From an uncultured Candidatus Saccharibacteria bacterium (GTDB lineage: Bacteria > Patescibacteriota > Dojkabacteria > J137), in NCBI GenBank assembly GCA_965230975.1, contig OZ246402.1, forward strand, positions 229,771 through 293,770: 64,000 bases of DNA, read 5' to 3'. Below are positions 38,699 to 47,164 of the stretch, in pieces. The notes beneath the pieces were generated by a model. That model worked only from the letters and a program-made list of their open reading frames with translations, had not been told where the DNA came from and did not search any database. Numbering within the stretch: the stretch's first letter is position 1; every line of letters starts with the position of its first letter. A program made the position numbers and the translations under genes.

Positions 38699-39352
38699 TT
38701 ATATAGAAACTACTTTTTGTATTCTTTCGATTGCTTTACTCATATTTCTTGTGCCTTGCCCAACAGGATAGTAAGTAGGGTAAACCTTGTAGGTCTTGCC
38801 CTTTACTAATAATTCCTCATATTCGGTAGTAAGGTAATTTGAAACTGACACTGGCTTGCTCAACAGAGTAGAGCTTACCTGATTCCCTAAAGAAAATATA
38901 ATTTCCGGATTTATTAACTTGATTTCATTCAGCAGAGAGGGTAAATATTCTTTAAAAATAGAATCTGGTAAATGCCTAGCATCTATTTGAGTGCATTTAG
39001 CAATATTTGTAATGTATAGCGAGTCTTGAGCAACAGCGTTATATAGAGTCTCTGAAAATTCTGCAGTCCATTCTTCAGGTCTTAATTTAGAAGTTAGTTC
39101 GATAAGTTCTTTATTGGTTAACAGACCAAGTTTAAATAGCAACTTCCACACATTTTTTGTTCCTAGCCAAGGTGCTTGAATACCCACCCAATTTAAATTT
39201 GAAGATACATTTTTTGCAGTAGGATTCATAAAGACAAGCAAAACCTTAGGATTTTTGGTCTGACCTGCTCCATAAATAGGTTTTAGGTGTGAATCTCCAT
39301 GTTTTAAATGAAGTCTGTCAAATTCAGGGAATAATTCAGTTAGTTGAATCAT
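38699..39352 (-). CDS. Uracil-DNA glycosylase superfamily protein (family 4-like).
   Basis: IYGAGQTKNPKVLLVFMNPTAKN resembles the UDG family-4 GEG.....l.fvGEaPG motif A region. The overall size is 217 aa. Confidence 0.35.
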   Translation of the reverse strand: MIQLTELFPEFDRLHLKHGDSHLKPIYGAGQTKNPKVLLVFMNPTAKNVSSNLNWVGIQAPWLGTKNVWKLLFKLGLLTNKELIELTSKLRPEEWTAEFSETLYNAVAQDSLYITNIAKCTQIDARHLPDSIFKEYLPSLLNEIKLINPEIIFSLGNQVSSTLLSKPVSVSNYLTTEYEELLVKGKTYKVYPTYYPVGQGTRNMSKAIERIQKVVSI

Positions 39353-39355
39353 AGC

Positions 39356-39766
39356 TTATTTCTTAAACACAAACTTATTATATATAAAATAATTCCAAAT
39401 AGTCATTACAATAATTGTTAAAATCTTGGCTACCAAAGATGATTGATTGCTTAAATCAAAAAATATATCAAAAACAAAAACTTCAAAAATCACAAGATTT
39501 ATAAGTTGAATTAAAACATACCTAGACAACTGATTGCCAGTATTTCCAGTGTTTGTTTTAAAAGCAGACTTCTTTTGGAAATAAAACCCAATAAAAATTG
39601 CAACTGCAGAAGAGATTACATTTGGTACAAAAACAACTTCAAGGATGCTTAAGTTAAAGTTAAGAACTTTAGTTTGGAATTCTAAAATTAGAATGCTTAA
39701 AAGAGTAGAAACTGCGCCAGCAAGTATAAACTCCCAAAACTTTTTTGAAGATAGAATTTTGATCAT
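39356..39766 (-). CDS. GtrA-family small membrane protein (second copy).
   Basis: 136 aa with four transmembrane helices and a GtrA-like N-terminus FWEFILAGAVSTLLSILILEF. Confidence 0.6.
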   Translation of the reverse strand: MIKILSSKKFWEFILAGAVSTLLSILILEFQTKVLNFNLSILEVVFVPNVISSAVAIFIGFYFQKKSAFKTNTGNTGNQLSRYVLIQLINLVIFEVFVFDIFFDLSNQSSLVAKILTIIVMTIWNYFIYNKFVFKK

Positions 39767-40734
39767 TACTTTAAAAACTGCTCACGGTATTCATTTGCTG
39801 GCGCAGCCTTGAAATATTCTTTTAAAGCAGGGTTTACACTCGCTAACCCATAATATTCAAGCATAAATTTTACTTCTGGGTGGTATTGGGCTAAATCAAT
39901 TAACCTTTCTTGCCCAATAATATTCATATCTGCCTTTATTCGAACCTCCCACTTTGCAATTAAATACATTCGATTTAAAAACTTAACATGCTCTTTTAAA
40001 TAATCCCCATCTGTTTTTAATCTTTTTAAAGAGGCGTTCACAAAATGAAAGACATAGGATTTATTAACAGTGCCCAATTTCCCAAACTGTCTTAAATAAT
40101 AAGATAGGTCAAAATCATCTCCATATCCGTGAACAATTTTAGGATCCAAAAAATAGCCCAGATCTTTAAAGTATTTGGACTTTATAACGTTGCAAAACCC
40201 ACCACAAAATAAGTAAAAAGCATCACCAGTATCTCTAAATTCCAAACCCTCTTTTGTATGAGGCGGATTAAAGTAGAGCATGTATTTATAAATTTTATCT
40301 CCAGTTAGTGGCCATCTTTTCTTAACCTGCCACCTAACTAATCGCCAAAGCAAACTCTCATCATAGTATTGATTGCTATCTGGGCTAACCTGAACAACCT
40401 CATCTTTTTCATCTAAGACTTTGTTTAATTCTTGTAGCCATCCACTAGTCACTATGCTGTCTGGATTTAAAAAACAAACTCTCTCAAATGCTATAGCTTC
40501 TTGATAAGCCGAATTTACACCTCCTACATAGCCTAAATTTTCCTGATTAATCTTAATCGTAATTTGAGATGGATATTTCTTTTTAAATTTATCACCAACG
40601 GCTATAGATTTTTCATCTCCAGGATTATGAACTAAGAAAATATGAAAATTCTGTGTATGTTTGAATACACTTTTCAGACATTGATCTAAATGCCACGGAA
40701 CTTTATAGTTAACTATAATTATTGCTGTTTCCAT
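39766..40734 (-). CDS. Glycosyltransferase family 2 (rhamnosyltransferase-like).
   Basis: IIIVNYKVPWHLDQCLKSV and GYVGGVNSA, with the acidic motif GYGDDFDLSYY. Confidence 0.6.
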   Translation of the reverse strand: METAIIIVNYKVPWHLDQCLKSVFKHTQNFHIFLVHNPGDEKSIAVGDKFKKKYPSQITIKINQENLGYVGGVNSAYQEAIAFERVCFLNPDSIVTSGWLQELNKVLDEKDEVVQVSPDSNQYYDESLLWRLVRWQVKKRWPLTGDKIYKYMLYFNPPHTKEGLEFRDTGDAFYLFCGGFCNVIKSKYFKDLGYFLDPKIVHGYGDDFDLSYYLRQFGKLGTVNKSYVFHFVNASLKRLKTDGDYLKEHVKFLNRMYLIAKWEVRIKADMNIIGQERLIDLAQYHPEVKFMLEYYGLASVNPALKEYFKAAPANEYREQFLK

Positions 40735-41543
40735 TAAATTCTATTGAATAAATAATCTTTAATCATTGCAAGTTTGCTTTTAAAAGTATAGTGGCGTAAT
40801 GCAATCCACAGCCAAGCACTTGCCTTGATTTTATTAATTTTCTCAATTTTATGTTGATCGGCAGATCTCATCCATTTGTGGTATAGAGTTGCTTTTGGAT
40901 TATAAATTACTTTGTACCCAGCTTTATTTGATCTGATAAATAATTCGAGTTCATCCATATAAAGCTTAATTTTTTCCCAATAAAATCCAATTTCTGCTAA
41001 GTATGAGGCTTTATACATAATGCAAGCACCTGTAACTCCAAAAACATATTCTTCTTTATCAAATTGTCCAACATCAGCTTCTTCAAATCCCCTATCGTAG
41101 GCTTGCTTAAAACCATCAAAAATTAATCCTGCAGAATTGATTTTTCCATCAAATTGGTTTTGATAAAATTTAACTTTAGGGCCAGATGCAATTGTATTTG
41201 AATCTTTATCTAAGCTTTCCTTTAGTTGTATTACTAAATTTTTAGATAGTTTTGTATCGGGGTTTAAAACCATTATGTATTCAACTTTGTATTTATCTAT
41301 CAAATATTTAATTCCAATATTATTAGAAAGAGATAAATAATAATTTTTATCTCTTTCAATAATTTCAACATTTGCAAATTCTTCTTTTACAATTCTTACA
41401 GTTTCATCTGTCGAGGCATTATCTACTATTAATACTTTTAAATTTGGGTAATCTTGATCCTGCAAGGATTGCAGACATTCTCTAATATCTTTAGCATTGT
41501 TCCATGTTACAATCACTACCCCAACTAACGAATTGTTGTTCAT
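40734..41543 (-). CDS. Glycosyltransferase family 2.
   Basis: VGVVIVTWNNAKDIRECLQSLQDQDYPNLKVLIVDNASTDET and YMDELELFIR. Confidence 0.7.
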   Translation of the reverse strand: MNNNSLVGVVIVTWNNAKDIRECLQSLQDQDYPNLKVLIVDNASTDETVRIVKEEFANVEIIERDKNYYLSLSNNIGIKYLIDKYKVEYIMVLNPDTKLSKNLVIQLKESLDKDSNTIASGPKVKFYQNQFDGKINSAGLIFDGFKQAYDRGFEEADVGQFDKEEYVFGVTGACIMYKASYLAEIGFYWEKIKLYMDELELFIRSNKAGYKVIYNPKATLYHKWMRSADQHKIEKINKIKASAWLWIALRHYTFKSKLAMIKDYLFNRI

Positions 41544-41669
41544 AAAATATTCAAATAGATTCAGTTAATTCTAATATCTATTTATATAAAATCCAAATAG
41601 AAATATAATAACTGGTACTTTTTGAAAGTAACGTTTCCATTCTTGTTGGATTCATATTAATATATACAC

Positions 41670-42455
41670 ATGGAGAATAGATTTACATTAATACCGGTAG
41701 TAAATGCCCAAGACCTTGACTCTTTGGCCCAACCAACATTTGGAAATATAAATGTTGGTTCTCAAACTGGCTCGGTTGCTACAGTCCTTTTGAGTTCTAC
41801 AAGTACATCTACCCAGGTGGGGCAAAAATTTAAAGTTAGTGTAGAGCTTAAGACAAGCGAGCAACAAATTAACGAGTATAAAATTGCTATAGACTTTGAC
41901 CCTACAAAGCTAACGGTAGTTGATCAAGATAGTGTAACTGCAGGAACGCAAGTAAAGCTTTTAGATACGGTATTTAGTGTTTCTAACCCCCAAGTTAACA
42001 ATACAGTTTCTTCTACAGGGCGAATTACGCTAATAGCAAATACTCCAAGTGGAAATGGTTTCTCTGTAAACAAAAGCATAATAGAAATTGAATTCCAGGC
42101 ACAAACAATTGGTGCTGCAAGTATAAAGGTTGCTCAGGGTTCTACGGGTACTCAGCTTACAAGAACAAATGGAACTGCACTGACATTTACTCCAAACGAA
42201 CTATCGGTACAAATAAGCGCACAATCTACAAGTGGAAACACAAACACTGGTGGCAATACAAATACGGGAGGAAATACAAATACGGGTAGTACGGGTGGAA
42301 ATACAGGTTCTACAGGTGGAACAAGCGTACCTTCTACAATCCCAAATACAGCAATTACAGACGATATGCCATATTTACCATTAGTAGCTGGAGTTGTTAT
42401 GGTGGGAGTTGGTATATCTCTTTTGAAGGGTAGGCCTACAAAGAATAATCTGTGA
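41670..42455 (+). CDS. Cell-surface protein with a cohesin-like N-terminal domain, a Gly/Asn/Thr-rich linker and a C-terminal transmembrane anchor.
   Basis: The beta-sandwich-like region FKVSVELKTS..YKIAIDFDPTKLTVVDQDSV...GRITLIANT has a cohesin-type pattern. It is followed by (GNTNTG)n repeats and MPYLPLVAGVVMVGVGISLLKGRPTKNNL. Confidence 0.4.
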   Translation: MENRFTLIPVVNAQDLDSLAQPTFGNINVGSQTGSVATVLLSSTSTSTQVGQKFKVSVELKTSEQQINEYKIAIDFDPTKLTVVDQDSVTAGTQVKLLDTVFSVSNPQVNNTVSSTGRITLIANTPSGNGFSVNKSIIEIEFQAQTIGAASIKVAQGSTGTQLTRTNGTALTFTPNELSVQISAQSTSGNTNTGGNTNTGGNTNTGSTGGNTGSTGGTSVPSTIPNTAITDDMPYLPLVAGVVMVGVGISLLKGRPTKNNL

Positions 42456-42589
42456 AATTCTATTTGAATCTTCTTAAATTTTTATACTTTGTGTAAAAAC
42501 CTCAGATAATTAGATAGATATTGAAAAAACTGATTGTTTAAACGAAACTTTTTTGTTAAAATACTGAGCTTGATTCCGGGAACGAAATT

Positions 42590-42859
42590 ATGAATAACCA
42601 ACCACAAAAGAGATTTTTTGAAATAGAAGGTGTTGTAATGGCAGCTCTTCCAGAACTTAGATTCGTTGTAGAGGTAGAGTATAGGGGTATTAAGCACAAG
42701 GTAAATTGCCATGTATCAGGCAAAATGAAAACAAGATTTATAAGTTTAGAGGTAGGAGATAAAGTTAGAATTCAAATATCTTTAGACGACATTAATAAAG
42801 GAATAATAACCAGAAGACTGACAATGCGAAATGTAAAAGTTGGACCAGAGTCAGTTTAG
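42590..42859 (+). CDS. infA: Translation initiation factor IF-1. The start is uncertain and a short C-terminal extension is present.
   Basis: EIEGVVMAALPELRFVVEVEYRGIKHKVNCHVSGKMKTRFISLEVGDKVRIQISLDDINKGIITRRL matches the IF-1 S1-like fold (EGtVvEaLpn..FrVeLeNGhev.ahisGKmR...I.il.GDkV.ve.spyDl.kGRI..R). Confidence 0.8.
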   Translation: MNNQPQKRFFEIEGVVMAALPELRFVVEVEYRGIKHKVNCHVSGKMKTRFISLEVGDKVRIQISLDDINKGIITRRLTMRNVKVGPESV

Positions 42860-42947
42860 ATATTTACTAAATAGGTCATATCTGGTATAAATAGCGAACT
42901 TTTTAAGAGCTATTTTTATTTATAAATGGCCACAACATTTTTGAAAT

Positions 42948-43100
42948 ATGAAAGTAAAAGCAAGTATTAAAAAAAGATGTAATGATTGTTACATCGTAAA
43001 AAGAAACAAGATCAAGGTTGAAAGTGGCAAGGTCACAATTAAACCAACATATTACGTATATTGCAAAACAAACCCTAAACACAAACAAAGACAGGGGTAA
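42948..43100 (+). CDS. rpmJ: Ribosomal protein L36 with an insertion of about 12 aa in the zinc-ribbon loop. It is absent from the ORF track because it is under 60 aa.
   Basis: The translation [50 protein letters not shown] has the canonical MKVrAS.KK.C..C termini and ends in [10 protein letters not shown]. The minus-strand ORF 42903..43088 is its antisense shadow. Confidence 0.75.
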   Translation: MKVKASIKKRCNDCYIVKRNKIKVESGKVTIKPTYYVYCKTNPKHKQRQG

Positions 43101-43130
43101 TAATAATTAAATATAAATTAAACTTATAAC

Positions 43131-43514
43131 ATGGCAAGATTAGTAGGAGTAGAAATACCAAACGAAAAAAGAGTAGAAGTAGCACTTACATATATTTATG
43201 GTATAGGTCTTCCAACTTCACAAGAGATTTTAAAAGCTACAAATATTAATCCAGATACTAGAGTTAAAGATTTAAAAGATACTGACATTAGAAAGTTATA
43301 CGAATATATTGATGCAAACATTCCAACAGAAGGTCAGGTAAAACAAAAAAACTTTTTGGCAATTAAAAGATTGAAAGACATTAGGGCGTTTAGAGGAATT
43401 AGACATAAGGTAGGTTTACCTGTAAGAGGTCAAAACACTAGAACAAACGCAAGAACTAGAAAAGGCAAATCTGCTGCAGTGGGCGGATTAAAAATTAAAT
43501 TAGCAAAGAAATAA
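43131..43514 (+). CDS. rpsM: Ribosomal protein S13.
   Basis: [26 protein letters not shown]. Confidence 0.95.
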   Translation: MARLVGVEIPNEKRVEVALTYIYGIGLPTSQEILKATNINPDTRVKDLKDTDIRKLYEYIDANIPTEGQVKQKNFLAIKRLKDIRAFRGIRHKVGLPVRGQNTRTNARTRKGKSAAVGGLKIKLAKK

Positions 43515-43552
43515 TATTTATTTAATAAATCGCTAAGCGAAACTGTAACAAA

Positions 43553-43963
43553 ATGGCAAAAGCACAAAAACCAACAACAAAAACAACAGAAAAAAAGAAG
43601 AAAAAGTTGAAACTAGCATCACCAAAGGTGCTTGCAACAATTAATTCTACTTATAACAACACTATTGTTAGTATTACTGATTACTCTGGTAATGTAATTG
43701 CGCAAAGTAGTTGTGGTAAAGTTGGTTTTGCAGGTAGCAAAAAAAGCACACCTTACGCAGCAACAAAAGCTGGAGAAGATGCAGCTATTAAGGCTATAGA
43801 GGTTGGTGCAAGAGAAGCAGAAGTTATTATTAAAGGAATTGGAGTTGGTAGACAAGCAGCAGTTAAAGGTATAAGAACTGCAGGTTTAAGAATCACTTTG
43901 TTGGCAGATAGAACATCTGTACCACATGGTGGATGTAAACCAAGAAAAGTACCTAAGAAATAA
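43553..43963 (+). CDS. rpsK: Ribosomal protein S11.
   Basis: INSTYNNTIVSITD..GN....SSCG..GF.GSKKSTPYAA and the C-terminal DRTSVPHGGCKPRK. Confidence 0.95.
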   Translation: MAKAQKPTTKTTEKKKKKLKLASPKVLATINSTYNNTIVSITDYSGNVIAQSSCGKVGFAGSKKSTPYAATKAGEDAAIKAIEVGAREAEVIIKGIGVGRQAAVKGIRTAGLRITLLADRTSVPHGGCKPRKVPKK

Positions 43964-44082
43964 ATAAACAGTTTATTGTTCAGTTAACCCGGAGCATTAA
44001 ACAGTAGATTAAAAATTAATTTAATTTAGTATCAATTACAAACAAATTGAATTTTGTAATTTGAATTTAAAACTTAAATAGT

Positions 44083-44685
44083 ATGGCACGATATACAGGA
44101 CCAAAGTGGAAAATCAATAGAAGAGAAAACGCAACAGTTTTAGGACATGGAGAAAAATGGAAAAGAAGACCAACATTACCTGGTCAATTCCCAATACTTA
44201 AGAAAAGACCTTCAGATTACGCAATTCAATTTAGAGAAAAGCAAAAAGTAAAAAGAATGTACGGAATGACAGAAAAGCAATTCGTAAGATTCTATAAGCT
44301 TGCTACAAAATCTCCCGGAAACACAAGTACAAGGTTATTACAACTATTAGAACTTAGAGCAGATAATGTATTATTCAAATTAGGTTTTGCATTAACAAGA
44401 GCTCAGGCAAGACAAATGATTAGTCACGGCCACATTTTATTAAACGGTAAAAAACATGATGTTCCATCTGCAATATTAAGTGTTGGAGATGAAGTTACAT
44501 TAGTAGCAGAAGGACAATTTAAATCTTACATCGGAGAATTAGAAAAACAAAATAAAACTTTCCAAGTTCCAGCATGGTTATCAAAATTGGAGTTAGGTGG
44601 CAAAGTTGCATCAGAACCAACAAGAGATCAAATGGATCAATCAATTAAGGAAAGACTTATTGTGGAACTTTACTCTAGAAAATAA
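44083..44685 (+). CDS. rpsD: Ribosomal protein S4.
   Basis: MARYTGPKWKINRRE and the S4 RNA-binding domain (LDNVLFKLGFALTRAQARQMISHGHILLNGK). Confidence 0.95.
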   Translation: MARYTGPKWKINRRENATVLGHGEKWKRRPTLPGQFPILKKRPSDYAIQFREKQKVKRMYGMTEKQFVRFYKLATKSPGNTSTRLLQLLELRADNVLFKLGFALTRAQARQMISHGHILLNGKKHDVPSAILSVGDEVTLVAEGQFKSYIGELEKQNKTFQVPAWLSKLELGGKVASEPTRDQMDQSIKERLIVELYSRK

Positions 44686-44736
44686 AATTTTAATCCCGTT
44701 AGTTAACGGGATATTATTAACTATTAAGAAAACAAA

Positions 44737-45714
44737 ATGATATCTTTAAATGAATTTGTAGTAAAAAGAGTATCAGAAAAGGAAAATTCAGCAACTTTTG
44801 CAGTAGGTCCACTTCCAAAAGGATATGGTCATACTTTAGGTAACTTCTTAAGAAGGATATTACTATCTTCAATTCCAGGTTCTGCTATTACAGCAGTAAA
44901 AATTGATGGGGTTCAACATGAATACTCTACAATGTCTGGGGTTCCAGACGATGTCTTAGCAATATTACTTTCTATAAAGAATGTAGTTGTAGCATCTAAA
45001 ACATTGGAGCCAGTAACATTAAAAATTGATGTTAAGGGTAAAGATGGTCAAGTTGTAGAAGTTAAAGCAGGTGATTTTGATCAAGACTCAAATGTAGAGA
45101 TTATTAACCCTGAATACGTTATTACAAAATTAACTAGCTCTAAAGCTAAATTTTCTGCAGAAATTACTGTAGAGAGAGGTGCAGGATATACATTACCTAA
45201 AGAGGAATTAAGAAAAGAAATTTCAGTATTACCTTTGGATGCTTCTTTTACACCTATCAGATTGGTTAACTATATAGTTACATCTGCCAGAGTTGGTAAA
45301 GAAACTGATTTAGACCAATTAGAACTTTCAATAGAAACTAATGGTTCTTTAAAACCAGAAGAGGCATTACACATTGCAGCAGATACTATTAATCAAATGA
45401 CAGCACATTTAAAAGGATTAACAGAAACCCTACTTTCTGGAGATGAAATTGCTGTAAGCTTAAATGAGCAACAAAAAAAGACAAGAGTTAAGCAAGCTAT
45501 GGAAGAAGAAGATGAGGCTAAAACACCAATTAAGGTTGTAGATCTTAATCTTTCAACTAGATTAACTAACTCATTGTTAAAATCAGGTTACGATGACCTA
45601 AGAAAATTAGAAGGAATGACAGAAGAGGAACTATCAAATATTAGAGGAATGGGAAGCAAGTCATTTATAGAATTGCTAGATGTTTTAAAAAAACACAATA
45701 TCAAATTAATTTAA
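44737..45714 (+). CDS. rpoA: DNA-directed RNA polymerase alpha subunit.
   Basis: N-terminal dimerisation domain (GPLPKGYGHTLGNFLRRILLSSIPGSAIT) and a C-terminal domain with an HhH. Confidence 0.95.
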   Translation: MISLNEFVVKRVSEKENSATFAVGPLPKGYGHTLGNFLRRILLSSIPGSAITAVKIDGVQHEYSTMSGVPDDVLAILLSIKNVVVASKTLEPVTLKIDVKGKDGQVVEVKAGDFDQDSNVEIINPEYVITKLTSSKAKFSAEITVERGAGYTLPKEELRKEISVLPLDASFTPIRLVNYIVTSARVGKETDLDQLELSIETNGSLKPEEALHIAADTINQMTAHLKGLTETLLSGDEIAVSLNEQQKKTRVKQAMEEEDEAKTPIKVVDLNLSTRLTNSLLKSGYDDLRKLEGMTEEELSNIRGMGSKSFIELLDVLKKHNIKLI

Positions 45715-45733
45715 ATAAGTTTAGTTAGATAGA

Positions 45734-46231
45734 ATGAATAAGGGAGTAAAAAAATACAAGATGTCGGGAAAAAAGAGCTCTCATAGAGATTCAGTAATTA
45801 CATCTCTTATGATTGAACTTATCAGGGCTGAAAAAATTAAAACTACACCAACTAAAGCAAAAATTGTAAAAGCAGAGTTTGACAAATTGGTTACAAAAGC
45901 CAAAAAGAACACTGAAGCAAGTAAAAGACTTGTAGAAGCATATTTTGGTTCTAAGCAAGTTGTTGTAAACAAGCTTTACAAAATCGTAGGTGATAAGTTG
46001 CAAGATAGAAATTCTGGTTATACATATTCTGCAAGATCTCTACCAAGAAAAGGAGATAATGCACAACAAATGTATGTTATGATCGTTAATTCAGAGATTA
46101 AAGAAAAGAAAAGTAGGTTACAAAAAGCTCTTGAAAAAAGAGAAGAGGTGCAAGAAGAAAAATCAGTAGCAGGTAGAATTAAAAAAGCTGTAGGTTCAAA
46201 ACCTGCAAAAAAAGCTAAAAAGGAAGAGTAA
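45734..46231 (+). CDS. rplQ: Ribosomal protein L17 with a Lys-rich C-terminal extension. The start is possibly at MSGKK (45761).
   Basis: SSHRDSVITSLMIELIRAEKIKTTPTKAK matches L17 (sSHRkAmfrNma.sLi.hE.I.TT..KAK). Confidence 0.85.
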   Translation: MNKGVKKYKMSGKKSSHRDSVITSLMIELIRAEKIKTTPTKAKIVKAEFDKLVTKAKKNTEASKRLVEAYFGSKQVVVNKLYKIVGDKLQDRNSGYTYSARSLPRKGDNAQQMYVMIVNSEIKEKKSRLQKALEKREEVQEEKSVAGRIKKAVGSKPAKKAKKEE

Positions 46232-46251
46232 TTAATAGTTATTTAGAAATT

Positions 46252-46698
46252 ATGAAAAGTATTACATCAGTAAAACAAAGTGATATTTTAGAAAAATGGT
46301 ACTTAATTGATGCCAGAGGAGCAAGAATTGGTAAATTAGCTTCTATTACTGCACAATTACTTCTTGGAAAGAATGATGTTTTAAAAAGAGACTATCATGA
46401 ACCAAAAACAAAAGTAGTTATTATTAATGCAGATAAGCTAGATATTACAGAAAAAAGAGGTATGACTAAATTTTACAAATCATACTCAGGTTTTCCAGGT
46501 GGTTTAAGATATGCGTCATTAAAAGATTTAAGTGTTAAACATCCAGAAAAACCAATAGAATCTGCTATCAAAGGAATGTTGCCAAGAACTAAAAGAGGAA
46601 AAGATATGATGGCTAATGTTAGAATTTATACAGGAGAGGAACATAAACACCAAGCTCAAGAACTTGAAAAAATTGATTTACAAACTTTTAATATATAA
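46252..46698 (+). CDS. rplM: Ribosomal protein L13.
   Basis: WYLIDARGARIGKLASITAQLLLGK...VVIINADKL.IT....KFY.SYSGFPGG and MLPRTKRGKDMMANVRIYTGEEHKHQAQ. Confidence 0.95.
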   Translation: MKSITSVKQSDILEKWYLIDARGARIGKLASITAQLLLGKNDVLKRDYHEPKTKVVIINADKLDITEKRGMTKFYKSYSGFPGGLRYASLKDLSVKHPEKPIESAIKGMLPRTKRGKDMMANVRIYTGEEHKHQAQELEKIDLQTFNI

Positions 46699-46705
46699 CC
46701 ATTAA

Positions 46706-47107
46706 GTGAATAACATGTCAGAATACGCATTTACAATCGGAAGAAGAAAAACATCAACAGTAAGCATGAGACTGTTTGGAACTGCTGGTAAAAGCACTTT
46801 AAACGATAAACCTTTAGAAAAGTACTATTTTTCTAAAACAGACACCATAAAGATTAATAAGCCATTTAATGCAGCAGAACTAAATCCAGCTGACTTTTAC
46901 TTTACAGCAAAATCAGTTGGTGGTGGAAGGGTTTCTCAACTAGAGGCTTTGATCCATGCATTATCTAGAGCAATTATCAAAAAGTTCCCTGAAAAGAAAA
47001 AAGCATTAAAAGATGCCGGATTATTAACAAGAGACCCAAGAATGGTAGAAAGAAAGAAACCAGGTTTAAGAAAAGCAAGAAAAGCAGAGCAGTACTCAAA
47101 ACGTTAA
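46706..47107 (+). CDS. rpsI: Ribosomal protein S9.
   Basis: C-terminal GGGRVSQLEALIHALSRA and RDPRMVERKKPGLRKARKAEQYSKR. Confidence 0.95.
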   Translation: MNNMSEYAFTIGRRKTSTVSMRLFGTAGKSTLNDKPLEKYYFSKTDTIKINKPFNAAELNPADFYFTAKSVGGGRVSQLEALIHALSRAIIKKFPEKKKALKDAGLLTRDPRMVERKKPGLRKARKAEQYSKR

Positions 47108-47130
47108 GATTAATTTCAGCTTTAATATCA

Positions 47131-47160
47131 AATCCCCCAATCAATTGGGGGATTTTTTTA
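47131..47160 (+). terminator. Rho-independent terminator after rpsI.
   Basis: AATCCCCCAA-TCAA-TTGGGGGATT is a perfect 9-10 bp stem, followed by TTTTTTT. Confidence 0.8.
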
Positions 47161-47164
47161 ATTT

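Noticed and set aside
42226-42300. GGAAATACAAATACGGG-type tandem repeats.
   Set aside because: They encode the (GNTNTG)n linker of the cohesin-like surface protein and are coding low-complexity sequence.
42903-43088. Minus-strand 61-aa ORF.
   Set aside because: It overlaps the plus-strand rpmJ (L36) gene, which has unmistakable sequence identity. It is a shadow ORF.
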